Made by a program: the position numbers and the translations under genes
NCBI GenBank assembly: GCA_963746845.1
Contig: CAVVCZ010000004.1
Span: 672,001-736,000, forward strand
DNA from: an uncultured Chloroflexia bacterium
GTDB taxonomy: Bacteria; Chloroflexota; Limnocylindria; Limnocylindrales; CSP1-4
Reading direction: 5' to 3'
DNA: 64,000 nt
In this document: positions 50,187 to 59,716 of the stretch, in pieces
Layout: every line of letters starts with the position of its first letter
Position numbering within the stretch: the first letter of the stretch is position 1
The notes under the pieces: model-generated
The model's database searches: none
Seen by the model: only the letters and a program-made list of their open reading frames with translations
Told to the model about the DNA's origin: nothing

Positions 50187-52129
50187 CAGCTATGGCGGGC
50201 CTGATCACCAGCGCCGTAGTCGGCGACTCTCTCAGCGGCGGCCGTGAGTGATCCCTGTGGTCGATCCAACCGGGACACGAAGAAGTCGCGAGTCGGGGCG
50301 TCCACGAAGTAGACGTAGCAGCCGAGCAGGCCGCGCGTCAGCAGCACACGGTAGGTGCTCTTCACGAACTCGGTGAACTCCACCCCGGTCACGCCACTGC
50401 GGACGACCCGGTCGCTTGACTGGTCGCGCTGGCCGACCCATCCCCCATCCATCGGCCGGTACACCAGATCTGGGCCGAAGATCACCCCGACGTAGTCGAA
50501 CTCGAAGCCCTGCGCTGTGTAGACGCAGCCGACCTGGTTGATGCCTTCCTTCGCGCTCGCCCAGAAATCCGACTTCGGGATGCCGGGGCCGAGCTTCCGG
50601 GCGTCGGACTTGGCATTCCAGGGCATGGACCACTCCCCCACCCTGACGTCCGGCACGAGCTCGCCGGCCTCGTCCGGATCGGACCAGGGCCAGCAGAAGC
50701 CGGCGACGAGCCGGGCCGTCGAGCCCGTGGCGGCGCGGCCCCGGATCAGTTGGTCGAGGTCGCCGACGGTCCCGATGATCCGGAAGTCGAAGTCGTCGTC
50801 CATCGGCCAGAGGACCTGCGGTGTCCGATCGAGTTCGAGCGTGTTGTCGATCCAGCGGATGAACGAGTCCGAGCCATTCGAACGAAACTGCGCCTCGAGC
50901 TCGAACTCGCGGACCTCGAGGCCGCGCTTGGCGGCCGCCTCCCGGATCGAGTCGGTGCTGCCCGTCTCACCGGGTCGGACAACCTGAAGGTCGTCGATGA
51001 AGAACACCGACACTCGCGTGGAATCGAGGATGTCTTCCATCTGGGTCTTGCCAGTTCGTGCCGACGCCGGCGTGAAGCGACTCGTGCTGACCGACCGGAT
51101 CCGGTGGGCTTCGTCGAGGATGACAACGTCGAGCGGCTCATCGACGGTTGCGGTGTCGCGGAAGTACTTGAAGAGCACGCTTGCTCGGCCGCCGACGATC
51201 TTGCGGAGATTCTCGGTGAACGCCTTCGAGCCGGTGACGTGGATCGTCCGGAGGCCGAGCGATGCCAGCTCGGCAACGAGGTTGACCGCCAAGACCGACT
51301 TCCCGGTCCCAGGCCCGCCGGCAACGATGAACGCAACCTTGTGCTGGTTCTGACCGGCCGATCGGACCGAATCCATGACCGCGTTGTAGGCGACCTGCTG
51401 CTCGTCCAGGAGCGTGAAGACGGGTTCGTTGCGGATGACCCGGGCGACGTGGTCGAGCAAGCGCTTATGCGGCCGGAAGGCCGAGTTGGCGACGCGCTCC
51501 AGGATCAAGCCGCCCTCGTCGGGGCCAGCGACACGATCATCGAGGTAATTGGCGAGGGCGTCAGTATCGTCGCCTGAGAAGCTCGGGTTCGTTGCCAGGA
51601 GGCTCGCGAAATCCTTGCCGTAAAGCGGTGAGGCAGGGTCGTGGGTCGCGTAGTGAAGATAGGCGCACGCGTCGAGCGAGATGCCGCCGTCGGTGAATGC
51701 CGGGTGGGTGTCCAACAGGTATCGCTGGTACTGCGCGACCTGCCGCGACGGGTGGAGGCGATCGACCTCGCGCCCGCCCATGTCGACCGTCACGCAGTCG
51801 GTGATGTTCGACCGACCGACGCTGGTCCACTGCTTCAGCTCAACGATGACCGCCGTGTCCCTCGTAGTCGGGTTGGATCCGGTGATCAAGACGTCGAGGC
51901 GTTTCGAAGAGAGCGGCAGCTTGAGCTCGACGAGGACGCCCTGGTCGCGGAGATCGGCCAACTGCATGACGTTGGCCATAGCGCCGAGCGAGTTCCGCCA
52001 CGACATGACCTCGGACGGCGAGGGCTTGTAGCGGAACTCCTGGAAGAATCGATCGGCGAGCTGATTCGCAAGTCGCGCTTGCACGGCGTCTGCGATGAAC
52101 TGCTCGCTCGTGCCCTGGTAGAGGTGCAA
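50186..52129 (-). CDS. DUF2075 (Schlafen group 3-like) helicase with N-terminal PD-(D/E)xK-like nuclease
   Basis: RLDVL...IVELKQW; GGPGTGKS; ILDEAHR; QFRSNGS; QGFEFDYVG; YRVLLTRG; stop overlaps RT start (TGATG). Confidence 0.9.
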   Translation of the reverse strand: MHLYQGTSEQFIADAVQARLANQLADRFFQEFRYKPSPSEVMSWRNSLGAMANVMQLADLRDQGVLVELKLPLSSKRLDVLITGSNPTTRDTAVIVELKQWTSVGRSNITDCVTVDMGGREVDRLHPSRQVAQYQRYLLDTHPAFTDGGISLDACAYLHYATHDPASPLYGKDFASLLATNPSFSGDDTDALANYLDDRVAGPDEGGLILERVANSAFRPHKRLLDHVARVIRNEPVFTLLDEQQVAYNAVMDSVRSAGQNQHKVAFIVAGGPGTGKSVLAVNLVAELASLGLRTIHVTGSKAFTENLRKIVGGRASVLFKYFRDTATVDEPLDVVILDEAHRIRSVSTSRFTPASARTGKTQMEDILDSTRVSVFFIDDLQVVRPGETGSTDSIREAAAKRGLEVREFELEAQFRSNGSDSFIRWIDNTLELDRTPQVLWPMDDDFDFRIIGTVGDLDQLIRGRAATGSTARLVAGFCWPWSDPDEAGELVPDVRVGEWSMPWNAKSDARKLGPGIPKSDFWASAKEGINQVGCVYTAQGFEFDYVGVIFGPDLVYRPMDGGWVGQRDQSSDRVVRSGVTGVEFTEFVKSTYRVLLTRGLLGCYVYFVDAPTRDFFVSRLDRPQGSLTAAAERVADYGAGDQARHS

Positions 52130-52168
52130 GCGCTTCCCTCTCTTCGCCCGCCGGTCGATGCGCCACTG

Positions 52169-52198
52169 ACTATAGCCGCGCCAAAGTCGTCATCTCGA
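52169..52198 (-). promoter_or_regulatory. Putative sigma70 promoter of the DUF2075-RT cassette
   Basis: Minus strand TCGAGA-N18-TATAGT; SD-like AGAGGG before TTG at 52129. Confidence 0.4.
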
Positions 52199-52373
52199 CC
52201 TTGTGGAATGCCGCGTCGGACCCGTTCATTGCGGAACTAAAGTTGACAATTCGTAAGGCTGCTCTCCCTCTCGCGAGTACCCATGGAACTCGCTTCGCAA
52301 CCCGCGATCTACGGGCGATCGACGGCGATCCCCGCGCCCCTCACGGGTCGAGCGTCGTGGCATCCTCCCGCGA

Positions 52374-52943
52374 GTGATGACCAGATACCTCGTCCTCCTG
52401 CGCGGCATCAACGTCGGCGGACGGAACAAGGTGCCGATGGCGGCGCTGCGCGAGCTCCTCGAGTCGCACGGCCACACGAAGGTCTCCACGTACATTGCCA
52501 GCGGCAACGTGATCCTGAGCTCGGACCGCACGGCGACCGCGATCAAGCGTGAGCTCGAGGACGCGCTCCCTCGGACGTTCAAGCTCGACAGCGAGCTCAT
52601 CGCGGTCCTCGTCCTGACGCTCGCTCAGCTGCGGGCCGTCGTCCGGGATCGGCCGAAGGGCTTCGGCGACAAGCCCGACACGTACCACAGCGACGCGGTC
52701 TTCCTCATGGGGATCGACACGCCGACGGCGATGAAGGTCTTCGACCCGCGGCCGGGCGTCGACGAGGTGTGGCCGGGCAAGGGCGTGATCTACTCGCAGC
52801 GGCTGAGCGCCGAGAGGACGAAGAGCCGCCTGGGCAAGATCGTCGGGACGCCGGCGTACAAGTCGATGACGATCCGCGGCTGGGCGACGACCATGGCGCT
52901 GCTCGAGCGCATGGAGGCGTCCGAGGCTGAGGCCGAGGCCTGA
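52374..52943 (+). CDS. DUF1697 family protein
   Basis: Y.VLLRGINVGG.NKVPM..L...V.TYIASGNV signature. Confidence 0.9.
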   Translation: MMTRYLVLLRGINVGGRNKVPMAALRELLESHGHTKVSTYIASGNVILSSDRTATAIKRELEDALPRTFKLDSELIAVLVLTLAQLRAVVRDRPKGFGDKPDTYHSDAVFLMGIDTPTAMKVFDPRPGVDEVWPGKGVIYSQRLSAERTKSRLGKIVGTPAYKSMTIRGWATTMALLERMEASEAEAEA

Positions 52944-53059
52944 TCGTCGGGACCGCCTCGCGCCGCGGTCGCTCCCCTCCCCCGCGCCAGCGGCCGATGA
53001 TTCTCGATCGGAATCGGCCGTCTCAGGATTCGAAGACCATGCCCCGGAGGACCGACCCC

Positions 53060-53734
53060 GTGAAGTTGCTGCTCACATCGGCCGGCATCAGGAACGCCAG
53101 CATCCAGGCTGCGCTGCTCGACCTGCTCGGCAAGCCGATCGCCGAGGCGAGTGCCTTGTGCATTCCCACCTCGAGCTACGGCCTCGCCGGCGGCGGCGCC
53201 ATGAATGCCTGGCGGTTCATCAGTGGCCGGGAGCCGGAGTGTCCGATGACGGAGCTGGGCTGGAAGTCGGTCGGGGTGCTGGAGCTCACCGCCTTGCCCA
53301 GCCTGGATCGTGATCGGTGGGAGCCCGCCGTTCGCGAGACGGATGTCCTGCTCGTCAACGGCGGCGACCCGATGTATCTGCACCACTGGATGGTGGAGTC
53401 CGGGTTCGCGGCGCTCCTGCCGTCTCTCCCGGACACGGTGTATGTCGGGTTCAGCGCCGGGAGCATGGTCATGACACCGCGGATCGGCGAGGACTTCGTT
53501 GGGTGGCGACCGCCGACCGGAGAGGTCGATTCGACCCTGGGCCTGGTGGACTTCGCGATCTTTCCGCACCTCGACAATCCGGGGCTTCCCCTCAACACGA
53601 TTGCCAACGCCGAGCGCTGGGCCGCGGGCATGAGGGTGCCGGCGTACGCGATCGACGACGAGACGGCGATCAAGGTGACCGACGATGGCGTCGAGGTGAT
53701 CTCCGAGGGCCACTGGCGGCTGTTAGAGCTCTGA
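53060..53734 (+). CDS. Peptidase E-like (S51 / type 1 glutamine amidotransferase-like) protein
   Basis: KLLLTSAG, IPT, NGGD, GFSAGS, FPH, YAIDDETAI; SD GGAGGA. Confidence 0.87.
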   Translation: MKLLLTSAGIRNASIQAALLDLLGKPIAEASALCIPTSSYGLAGGGAMNAWRFISGREPECPMTELGWKSVGVLELTALPSLDRDRWEPAVRETDVLLVNGGDPMYLHHWMVESGFAALLPSLPDTVYVGFSAGSMVMTPRIGEDFVGWRPPTGEVDSTLGLVDFAIFPHLDNPGLPLNTIANAERWAAGMRVPAYAIDDETAIKVTDDGVEVISEGHWRLLEL

Positions 53735-53760
53735 TGCGCGGATCTTGTGGAGGATCGACG

Positions 53761-54207
53761 ATGACTTCGGCCGACAAGCAGGACAACGTCCTCACGACAC
53801 TGCCGGTCGCCATGACCGGCAGGGCAAGCCCCGCGAAGGCCGCGGTCGGCGACAAGCCGGTCTTCGCCTACATCCGCAGCCTGCCGCAGCCCCAACGGTC
53901 CATCGCCGAACGCGTCGATGCCCTGGCGGCCGAGACGCTGCCGGGCCTGCAGCGCTCCGTGAAATGGGGCATGGCGTGGTATGGCGTCGGGGACGGCTGG
54001 TGCTTCTCGTGTGGCGGCTTCGCCGGCCACGTCAAGCTCACGTTCGGGCGCGGCACGTCCCTCACGCCCGTGCCGCCGGTCACGCCGATCGGGATGGGCA
54101 AGGAGACGCGCGGCGTGGACCTCGAGACCCTGGACGACCTCGACGAACCGCAGGTCGCGTCATGGATGAAGCAGGCCACGGCCATCCCCGGATTCGGGAA
54201 ACGATGA
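53761..54207 (+). CDS. DUF1801 (YdhG-like) family protein
   Basis: V.AYI.SLP.PQR, VKWG..WYG, F..G..L.P.PP. Confidence 0.78.
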   Translation: MTSADKQDNVLTTLPVAMTGRASPAKAAVGDKPVFAYIRSLPQPQRSIAERVDALAAETLPGLQRSVKWGMAWYGVGDGWCFSCGGFAGHVKLTFGRGTSLTPVPPVTPIGMGKETRGVDLETLDDLDEPQVASWMKQATAIPGFGKR

Positions 54208-54289
54208 GCGCCGCAATCACGATTACGCCGAGCGGGTGGTCGCCGTCAAGCCATCCACGGAATTGGAACGGCGCGTCTATTGTTCGCGC

Positions 54290-55246
54290 GTGATCGAGCC
54301 GCCGACCCGCACAGAGCTTGAAGCCGCGCTCTGCTGGGACGCCAGTGACCTCGTTCCGCGGCGCCCGGCGATGACGGCATTCCGGCAGCGGACCCGGCTG
54401 CACCAGGCGCGATGGCGCGAGCGCGAGGGTCACCCGATCGGGTCCCAGCCGTACGCGCCGCGTCCGGGCGTCGATCCGAGGCCGGTCGGGAGCCGGATCC
54501 CGCTCGTATACGGCCGCGACACCGGGGCGAACTTCGTGACGACGGCCGCACTCGATGCGGTCGAGGCCCGGACGGCGATCATCGAGCGCGAGCAGAGCAT
54601 CGATCAGCAGGGCCTCTGGGCGGACCTGCTCTCCTCCGAGGCGCTCGCGTTCAATCTGTTCGGTGACCTCGCCGCCGACCCCACGCGGGCAGACAGCCTC
54701 GTCCACGCCTGGTTCGGCGATGCACCCGGCCGCGTCGTGGAGGTTCGGTTTCTCCACTCGCCCGGGCGCCTCGAGGCGCAGTGGCTCAACAGCCTGCGGC
54801 AATTCGACGCGGCCTTTGTCCTCTCGCGGGAGGACGGATCGCACGGCATCGTGGCGGTCGACGTGACCTACCACGAGCGCCTGAAGGCGGAGACGCCGAA
54901 GCCCGAGAACCTCTGGCGCAACCGCGAGGTCCACGAGCGATCGGCTGCGTTCCGGCCCGAGGCGTTCGACCGGGTGAAGGGTCGCAGCGACCTGTGGTCC
55001 CCGTGGCTCGAGCACCTCCTGCTGCTGTCGATGCTCCAGCACCCGGGCGGCGCCTGGACATGGGGGAGGTACCTGACCATTCATGCGGCCGACAACGTCG
55101 AGATGGCCGACCGCTCCGAGCGCTACGCCGGGCTGCTCGCGGACGCGACGACGTTCTTGTCGACCACGCTCGAGGAGGTCCTCGGGACCGGAGCGCTCCC
55201 CTCCCCCGCGGTTCGGGCCCTCCGGGATCGCTACCTGGCGCGGTAG
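54290..55246 (+). CDS. PGN_0703-like putative restriction endonuclease-fold protein
   Basis: DLLSSEALAFNLF, F.HSPGR, FDAAF...VAVDVTYHE, LEHLL. Confidence 0.65.
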   Translation: MIEPPTRTELEAALCWDASDLVPRRPAMTAFRQRTRLHQARWREREGHPIGSQPYAPRPGVDPRPVGSRIPLVYGRDTGANFVTTAALDAVEARTAIIEREQSIDQQGLWADLLSSEALAFNLFGDLAADPTRADSLVHAWFGDAPGRVVEVRFLHSPGRLEAQWLNSLRQFDAAFVLSREDGSHGIVAVDVTYHERLKAETPKPENLWRNREVHERSAAFRPEAFDRVKGRSDLWSPWLEHLLLLSMLQHPGGAWTWGRYLTIHAADNVEMADRSERYAGLLADATTFLSTTLEEVLGTGALPSPAVRALRDRYLAR

Positions 55247-55365
55247 ACCCAGGGTCCTGCGCCCAACGTACGCGGTTCGGATGGGACGGGTTGGAAGGTG
55301 CACAGGGGCAACGGACCGCCGTAGAGTCGATGACGACGGCATCCGCCGTCCCAGCCTGGAGGCTG

Positions 55366-55463
55366 GCCGACAAAGGCAAACCCGGGGTGACCCGGGGACG
55401 CAAAGCCACGGGACTCGCGCGGTTGGTCCGGACCGGCGCGTCGAGTCAGCCGGGTTGCCGAAG
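55366..55463 (+). ncRNA. c-di-GMP-I (GEMM) riboswitch
   Basis: GGCAAAC-CCGGG-GTGA-CCCGG-GGACGCAAAGCCACGGG...AGTCAGCCGGGTTGCCG: P2 with GNRA loop, GCAAAG junction, P3, G20/C92 equivalents. Confidence 0.9.
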
Positions 55464-55476
55464 TCAGGAGGTCGGT

Positions 55477-55572
55477 GTGTCCACCGCCCGCCCGCGCCTG
55501 GTCGCGCTCCTGCGCGTCCTGGTCGTCGCTGTGGTCGCCCTTGCGGCGTCCGCGTCGGCTCGTCCCATCTGA
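55477..55572 (+). CDS. 31-aa hydrophobic micropeptide downstream of the riboswitch
   Basis: SD AGGAGG (55466-55471), GTG 55477: MSTARPRLVALLRVLVVAVVALAASASARPI. Confidence 0.65.
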   Translation: MSTARPRLVALLRVLVVAVVALAASASARPI

Positions 55573-55604
55573 GTCCGGTGGACTTCGGTCCACCAACGCA
55601 GCTC

Positions 55605-55640
55605 CGAACGCCCCCTGGCCCTCGGCCATCGGGGCGTTCG
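55605..55640 (+). terminator. Terminator-like hairpin after the micropeptide
   Basis: CGAACGCCCC...GGGGCGTTCG 10-bp outer stem with TGGCC/GGCCA inner stem; preceded by a C(TTCG)G hairpin at 55577-55594; no clear T-tract. Confidence 0.55.
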
Positions 55641-55678
55641 CCGTCTTGCACGCTGGTCCAGGCGATACGCTGAAACGG

Positions 55679-57018
55679 ATGCGCATCGCCGGCCTCGTGA
55701 TGCTTGTCGCCGCCTTCGTCGTCGGCTGTTCGGGCTCAACCGGCACTCCCCCGGCGACCGCCACTGCGACCACGTCGGCGTCTGCGGCTGCCGCAAGCAC
55801 CGCACCGGAGGACCTCGGGGGCGCACACGTCCACGTCCTCGGCCTCTGGAGCGGCCCCGAGTTCGAGAGCTTCGAAGCCGTCAAGTCGGCCTGGGAGCGA
55901 CGAGACCGGGGCGATCGTCGACTGGGAGGCCACGACCGACCTGCCCGGTGCCCTGGCCGAACACAAGCAGGCGGGAGATCCACCGGACATCGCGATCCTG
56001 CCGAACCTGGCGCTGATGGAGCAGCTCGCCGAGAAACGGGGCCCTGATCCCGCTCGACTCGGTCCTGGACATGACGAACGTCGCCAGGGACTACGCGCCG
56101 GCATGGATCGACCTTGGCAGCCACGCCGGGAAGCTGTACGGGATCTTCTACAAGGTCACGAACAAGGCGGCGGTCTGGTACAGCCCGAAGGCCTTCGTTG
56201 CTGCCGGCTACGACGTTCCCGCGACCTGGGACGCGATGATCACGCTGGCCGACCGGATGGTTGCCGACGGCCGCACACCCTTCTCGGTCGTCGCCGCGAA
56301 GGGCCCGGCGAGCGGCTGGGCGCTCACCGACTGGATCTCGGAGATCGTGCTCAACGCCTGCGGCCCGGATCTCTACGACCAGTGGATCGCCGGCGACATT
56401 CCCTGGAACCACGCATGCATCAAGGGATCATTCGACAGGTTCGCGAAGATCGTCGCGACCAATGGATACGTCCTCGGAGGCAGCCAGCGCATCATCGCGA
56501 CCGGTGACGACGTCGCGGCAGACCCGCTGTACACGGACCCGCCGACCGCCTGGCTGTGCTATCTCGCGTCGTTCGCCCAGGCATTCATCGCCTCGAGCCA
56601 CCCCGACCTGGAGCCCGGCACGGACTACGACGTCTTCGGGTTCCCGACGATCAATCCCGAGTACGGGGAAGCCGTCACGGTCGGCGCCGACATCCCGGTG
56701 ATGATCGGCGACACCCCCGCCGCTCGCTCGTTCATGTCGTACCTCGCGAGCGCCCGAGCACAGGAGGCATGGATCCGGCTCGGCGGCTTCACCTCCGTGA
56801 ATCGAAACGTGTCGGCGGCCACCTACCCGGATCCGGTGGCGCGACGGGTGGCCGACGAGCTGACCGAGGCAACGGTCGTCCGGTTCAGCGCCGGCGACAT
56901 GATGCCGTCGTCCCTGCAACGGGCCTGGTGGGGAGCGATGCTGGACCTCGTCCAGGATCCGGGCCGGGTGGACGCGATCCTCGATGGCCTGACCGCGGCC
57001 GCCCGGAGCGCCCGTTAG
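55679..57018 (+). CDS. ABC sugar-binding lipoprotein (AglE-like), two apparent +1 frameshifts near 55898 and 56036
   Basis: Lipobox VVGC, LWSG.E, GDPPDIAILP, K..VWY.P, SGW..TDW, F.FP; continuous only across three frames. Confidence 0.8.
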
Positions 57019-57060
57019 GTCGTCAGCGCGGGTTTGCTCAAGGACGTCTCGTCCGTCGCC

Positions 57061-57510
57061 CTAGACGCCGGCGGCGGCTGCCATCCCCTGCGTCCCGTCC
57101 GAGAGAACCGGGGAGATGAGCCCGAAGACGTTGTTGTCGGGATCGAGCAGGTAGCCGCCCCGGCCGATGCCCGGCCAGTCGGTCGCCGGGAGCGCCTCGG
57201 TCGCACCGAGCTCCACGCCGAGCCGCATCAGCCCGTCGACGTCGTCGACGCCGACCACGATGTTGCAGCCGGCCACCGGTGCACCCAGCTCGGGCCGCGG
57301 ACCCCGGCGCTGGACCAGGCCGCCGTTGATGCCCAGCCCGGGGCGCCCCGCGACGTTGCCGATCGCACCCTCGCCGGTGTCGATGACCCAGTACGCCTGG
57401 TCGCCGCCGCCATAGCTCTGGAAGGTCCAGCCGAGGAGCCTGGAGTAGAACTCGATGAGCTTCTCGGGCTCGGTCGCGTGGATCTCGAAATGGACGACCA
57501 GGTTGGCCAT
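57061..57510 (-). CDS. VOC/glyoxalase family protein
   Basis: VVHFEI...FY..L.GW.F...GINGGL...DPDNN.FGL. Confidence 0.9.
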   Translation of the reverse strand: MANLVVHFEIHATEPEKLIEFYSRLLGWTFQSYGGGDQAYWVIDTGEGAIGNVAGRPGLGINGGLVQRRGPRPELGAPVAGCNIVVGVDDVDGLMRLGVELGATEALPATDWPGIGRGGYLLDPDNNVFGLISPVLSDGTQGMAAAAGV

Positions 57511-57581
57511 GTTTCCCCCCTTCCGTGGATGCGTGGGTCATCCCCAGTATCGTCCTTCGGCGGCCCGCGGCGCGGCGGCGG

Positions 57582-58982
57582 TCAGCCGGGCGTGGGAGCC
57601 ACGTTCGGGTTCACGTGGAACACGTTGTCCGGGTCCCACTCGCGCTTGAGCGCGGCGAGGCGCGCCACCTTGGCGTCGCCGTACAGGCGACGGGTCTCGT
57701 CGGGGCCGGCGTCGGAGTTCCCGTTCGGGTAGGCGCCGAGCGTGCGGTCCGGCTCGACCACCGCCATCACTCGCCGGCACCAGTCCATGTTCGCCTCGTC
57801 GCCGGCCGCGTCGCTCCAGTCGGAGTCGGCGCTCAGGTCGAAGACGGCCGCCCGGCCGGCATAGGCGGTCGCGTCCTCGGGGACGCGGGCGATCGCACCA
57901 CCGAGGGCCGTGATCGAGAAGCTCGAGTCGCCCGGCGCGACCGCGACGAGCTCGACCACCTCGTCCAGCGCCTCCGGGCGGACGCCGTCCGCGTTGTGGC
58001 TCTTGATGAACGACCGGCTGCCCCAGGCGAACGCAAGGTCGTGGGCGGTCTGGACCTCGAGGTACGGCGAGCTGCCGATCATCGTGGTGAGTGGCGTCGG
58101 CCCGGCGCGCAGGCCGGCGGTGTCGCGCTCGACGTCGTCCGCGGAGCCGCTGTGGTTCCAGGCCAGGTAGGCGATTGGCCTGCCGACGGCGTCCTCGGGG
58201 TAGCCCTCCCCCTCCCCCGCCAGCGCGATCCCGTAGATCGCTGCCACCGCGTCGGGCGCGCTCGGCGCGTACTCGCGGAAGCGGCCCCAGACCTCATGCA
58301 CCTGGCTCGCCGGGAAGGTCAGGACGCCCCGATGGAGATCGGGGCCGAACGGCTGTAGCCGGAACTCGAACGCCGTGGCGATCCCGAAATTCCAGCCGGC
58401 GCCACGCAGGCCCCAGAAGAGCTCGGGCTCGTCGGTCTCGGTCGCCCGGACGAGCCGGCCGTCGGCGGTGACGAGCTCGACGGCAGCGAGGTTGTCGATC
58501 GTGAGCCCGAAGTGGCGCTGGAGCCGCCCGATCCCGCCACCGAGCGTCAGCCCGGCGACGCCGGTGTGGCCAATGACCCCGATCGGGCAGACGAGGCCGT
58601 GCGCCTGGGCGGCGACGTCCAGCTCGCCGAGGAGCGCGCCGCCGTTCGCCCGGGCGGTCCGGGTCCGCGGGTCCGCCTCGACGCCGCGCATGCCGGACAT
58701 GTCGACCAGGAGCCCGCCGTTCGCCCCACCGAACGCATACGCGCTGTGGCCGCCGGACCGGACGGTGATCTCGAGGTCGTGCTCGCGGGCGAAGCGGACC
58801 GCTGTCGCGACCTCCGCGGCGCTCGACGGGCGGGCGATGACCGCCGGCCGCCGATCGTGGATGGCGTTCCACAAGCGGCGAGCGTCGTCGTAGCCGGCGT
58901 CGTCCGGCGCGATGACCTCCGCGCACGACCGCCGCAGCTGATCGAGGTGGTGTGGCGCGATCCGGGCAGCTGCCTCGACCAT
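57582..58982 (-). CDS. FAD-binding oxidoreductase (BBE-like)
   Basis: RSGGHS, TGVAGLTLGGG.G, LFWGLRG.G.NFG, Y.N, LKREWDPDNVF. Confidence 0.92.
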   Translation of the reverse strand: MVEAAARIAPHHLDQLRRSCAEVIAPDDAGYDDARRLWNAIHDRRPAVIARPSSAAEVATAVRFAREHDLEITVRSGGHSAYAFGGANGGLLVDMSGMRGVEADPRTRTARANGGALLGELDVAAQAHGLVCPIGVIGHTGVAGLTLGGGIGRLQRHFGLTIDNLAAVELVTADGRLVRATETDEPELFWGLRGAGWNFGIATAFEFRLQPFGPDLHRGVLTFPASQVHEVWGRFREYAPSAPDAVAAIYGIALAGEGEGYPEDAVGRPIAYLAWNHSGSADDVERDTAGLRAGPTPLTTMIGSSPYLEVQTAHDLAFAWGSRSFIKSHNADGVRPEALDEVVELVAVAPGDSSFSITALGGAIARVPEDATAYAGRAAVFDLSADSDWSDAAGDEANMDWCRRVMAVVEPDRTLGAYPNGNSDAGPDETRRLYGDAKVARLAALKREWDPDNVFHVNPNVAPTPG

Positions 58983-59097
58983 CCGTGTCCCTCCCTGGTT
59001 CCCTCCGGTCGATCCATCGAATGGTCGCACGGGTCGTCGGCGCGCGGTGGGGCTGCGTGAGAAGAGGGACCATGGTCGCCATGCAAGGAGTGACGAC

Positions 59098-59703
59098 ATG
59101 AAGCTGACCGCCACGATGATGCTGACCGTGGACGGCGTGTACCAGGGTCCCGGCGGCTCGGACGAGGACCGCCGCGGCGGGTTCGAGCGCGGCGGCTGGA
59201 CAGCCTCGCACGGTGACCCGGCGATGTGGCCGTTCCTGCTCGAGTGGTTCGGGCGTGCGGACGCGCTGCTCCTCGGCCGCAGGACCTGGCAGATCTGGGA
59301 GACGTACTGGCCGCTCCACGACGGCGGCGATGCGGTCTCCCACGGCATCAATGTCCTGCCCAAGTACGTGCCGTCGACCACGCTCAAGGACCCGACATGG
59401 CAGAACACCCACGTCCTCGACGGCGACGTCGAGGCCGCCATCCGGGATCTCAAGGCGGGGCCCGGGCGCGAGCTCCAGGTCCACGGCAGCGGCGTCCTGC
59501 TCCGATGGCTGCTCGAGCGCGACCTCGTGGACGAGCTGAACCTGCGGATCTCCCCGGTCGTCGTCGGCGACGGCGTTCGGCTCTTTCCCGAGCACGGCCC
59601 GACGCACGACCTGGAGCTGGTCGAGTCGCGGGCGCTGCCATCCGGCGTGATGATCCAGACCTATCGACCGAACGGCCGCGTGACCTTCGGGCCCGCCGGC
59701 TGA
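59098..59703 (+). CDS. Dihydrofolate reductase / RibD C-terminal family protein
   Basis: TVDGVYQ.PG..EDR.GGF, LLGRRT, KYV.S.TL, VHGSG, P.VVG.G.RLF. Confidence 0.9.
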   Translation: MKLTATMMLTVDGVYQGPGGSDEDRRGGFERGGWTASHGDPAMWPFLLEWFGRADALLLGRRTWQIWETYWPLHDGGDAVSHGINVLPKYVPSTTLKDPTWQNTHVLDGDVEAAIRDLKAGPGRELQVHGSGVLLRWLLERDLVDELNLRISPVVVGDGVRLFPEHGPTHDLELVESRALPSGVMIQTYRPNGRVTFGPAG

Positions 59704-59716
59704 GGAGGATCGTCAC

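Noticed and set aside
52234-52248. LexA box (GAACTAAAGTTG) or TTGACA -35 promoter
   Set aside because: One-mismatch box is not positioned over an identifiable promoter, and TTGACA has no -10 at 16-18 bp; left uncalled.
52130-52373. Dedicated ncRNA upstream of the DUF2075-RT cassette
   Set aside because: No convincing long stems by eye, and the gap must also hold two divergent promoters. Not fully excluded without folding and covariance analysis.
55366-55463. 3'3'-cGAMP (GEMM-Ib) riboswitch variant
   Set aside because: The position-20 equivalent is G (AAAG-GCAAAC), typical of c-di-GMP specificity.
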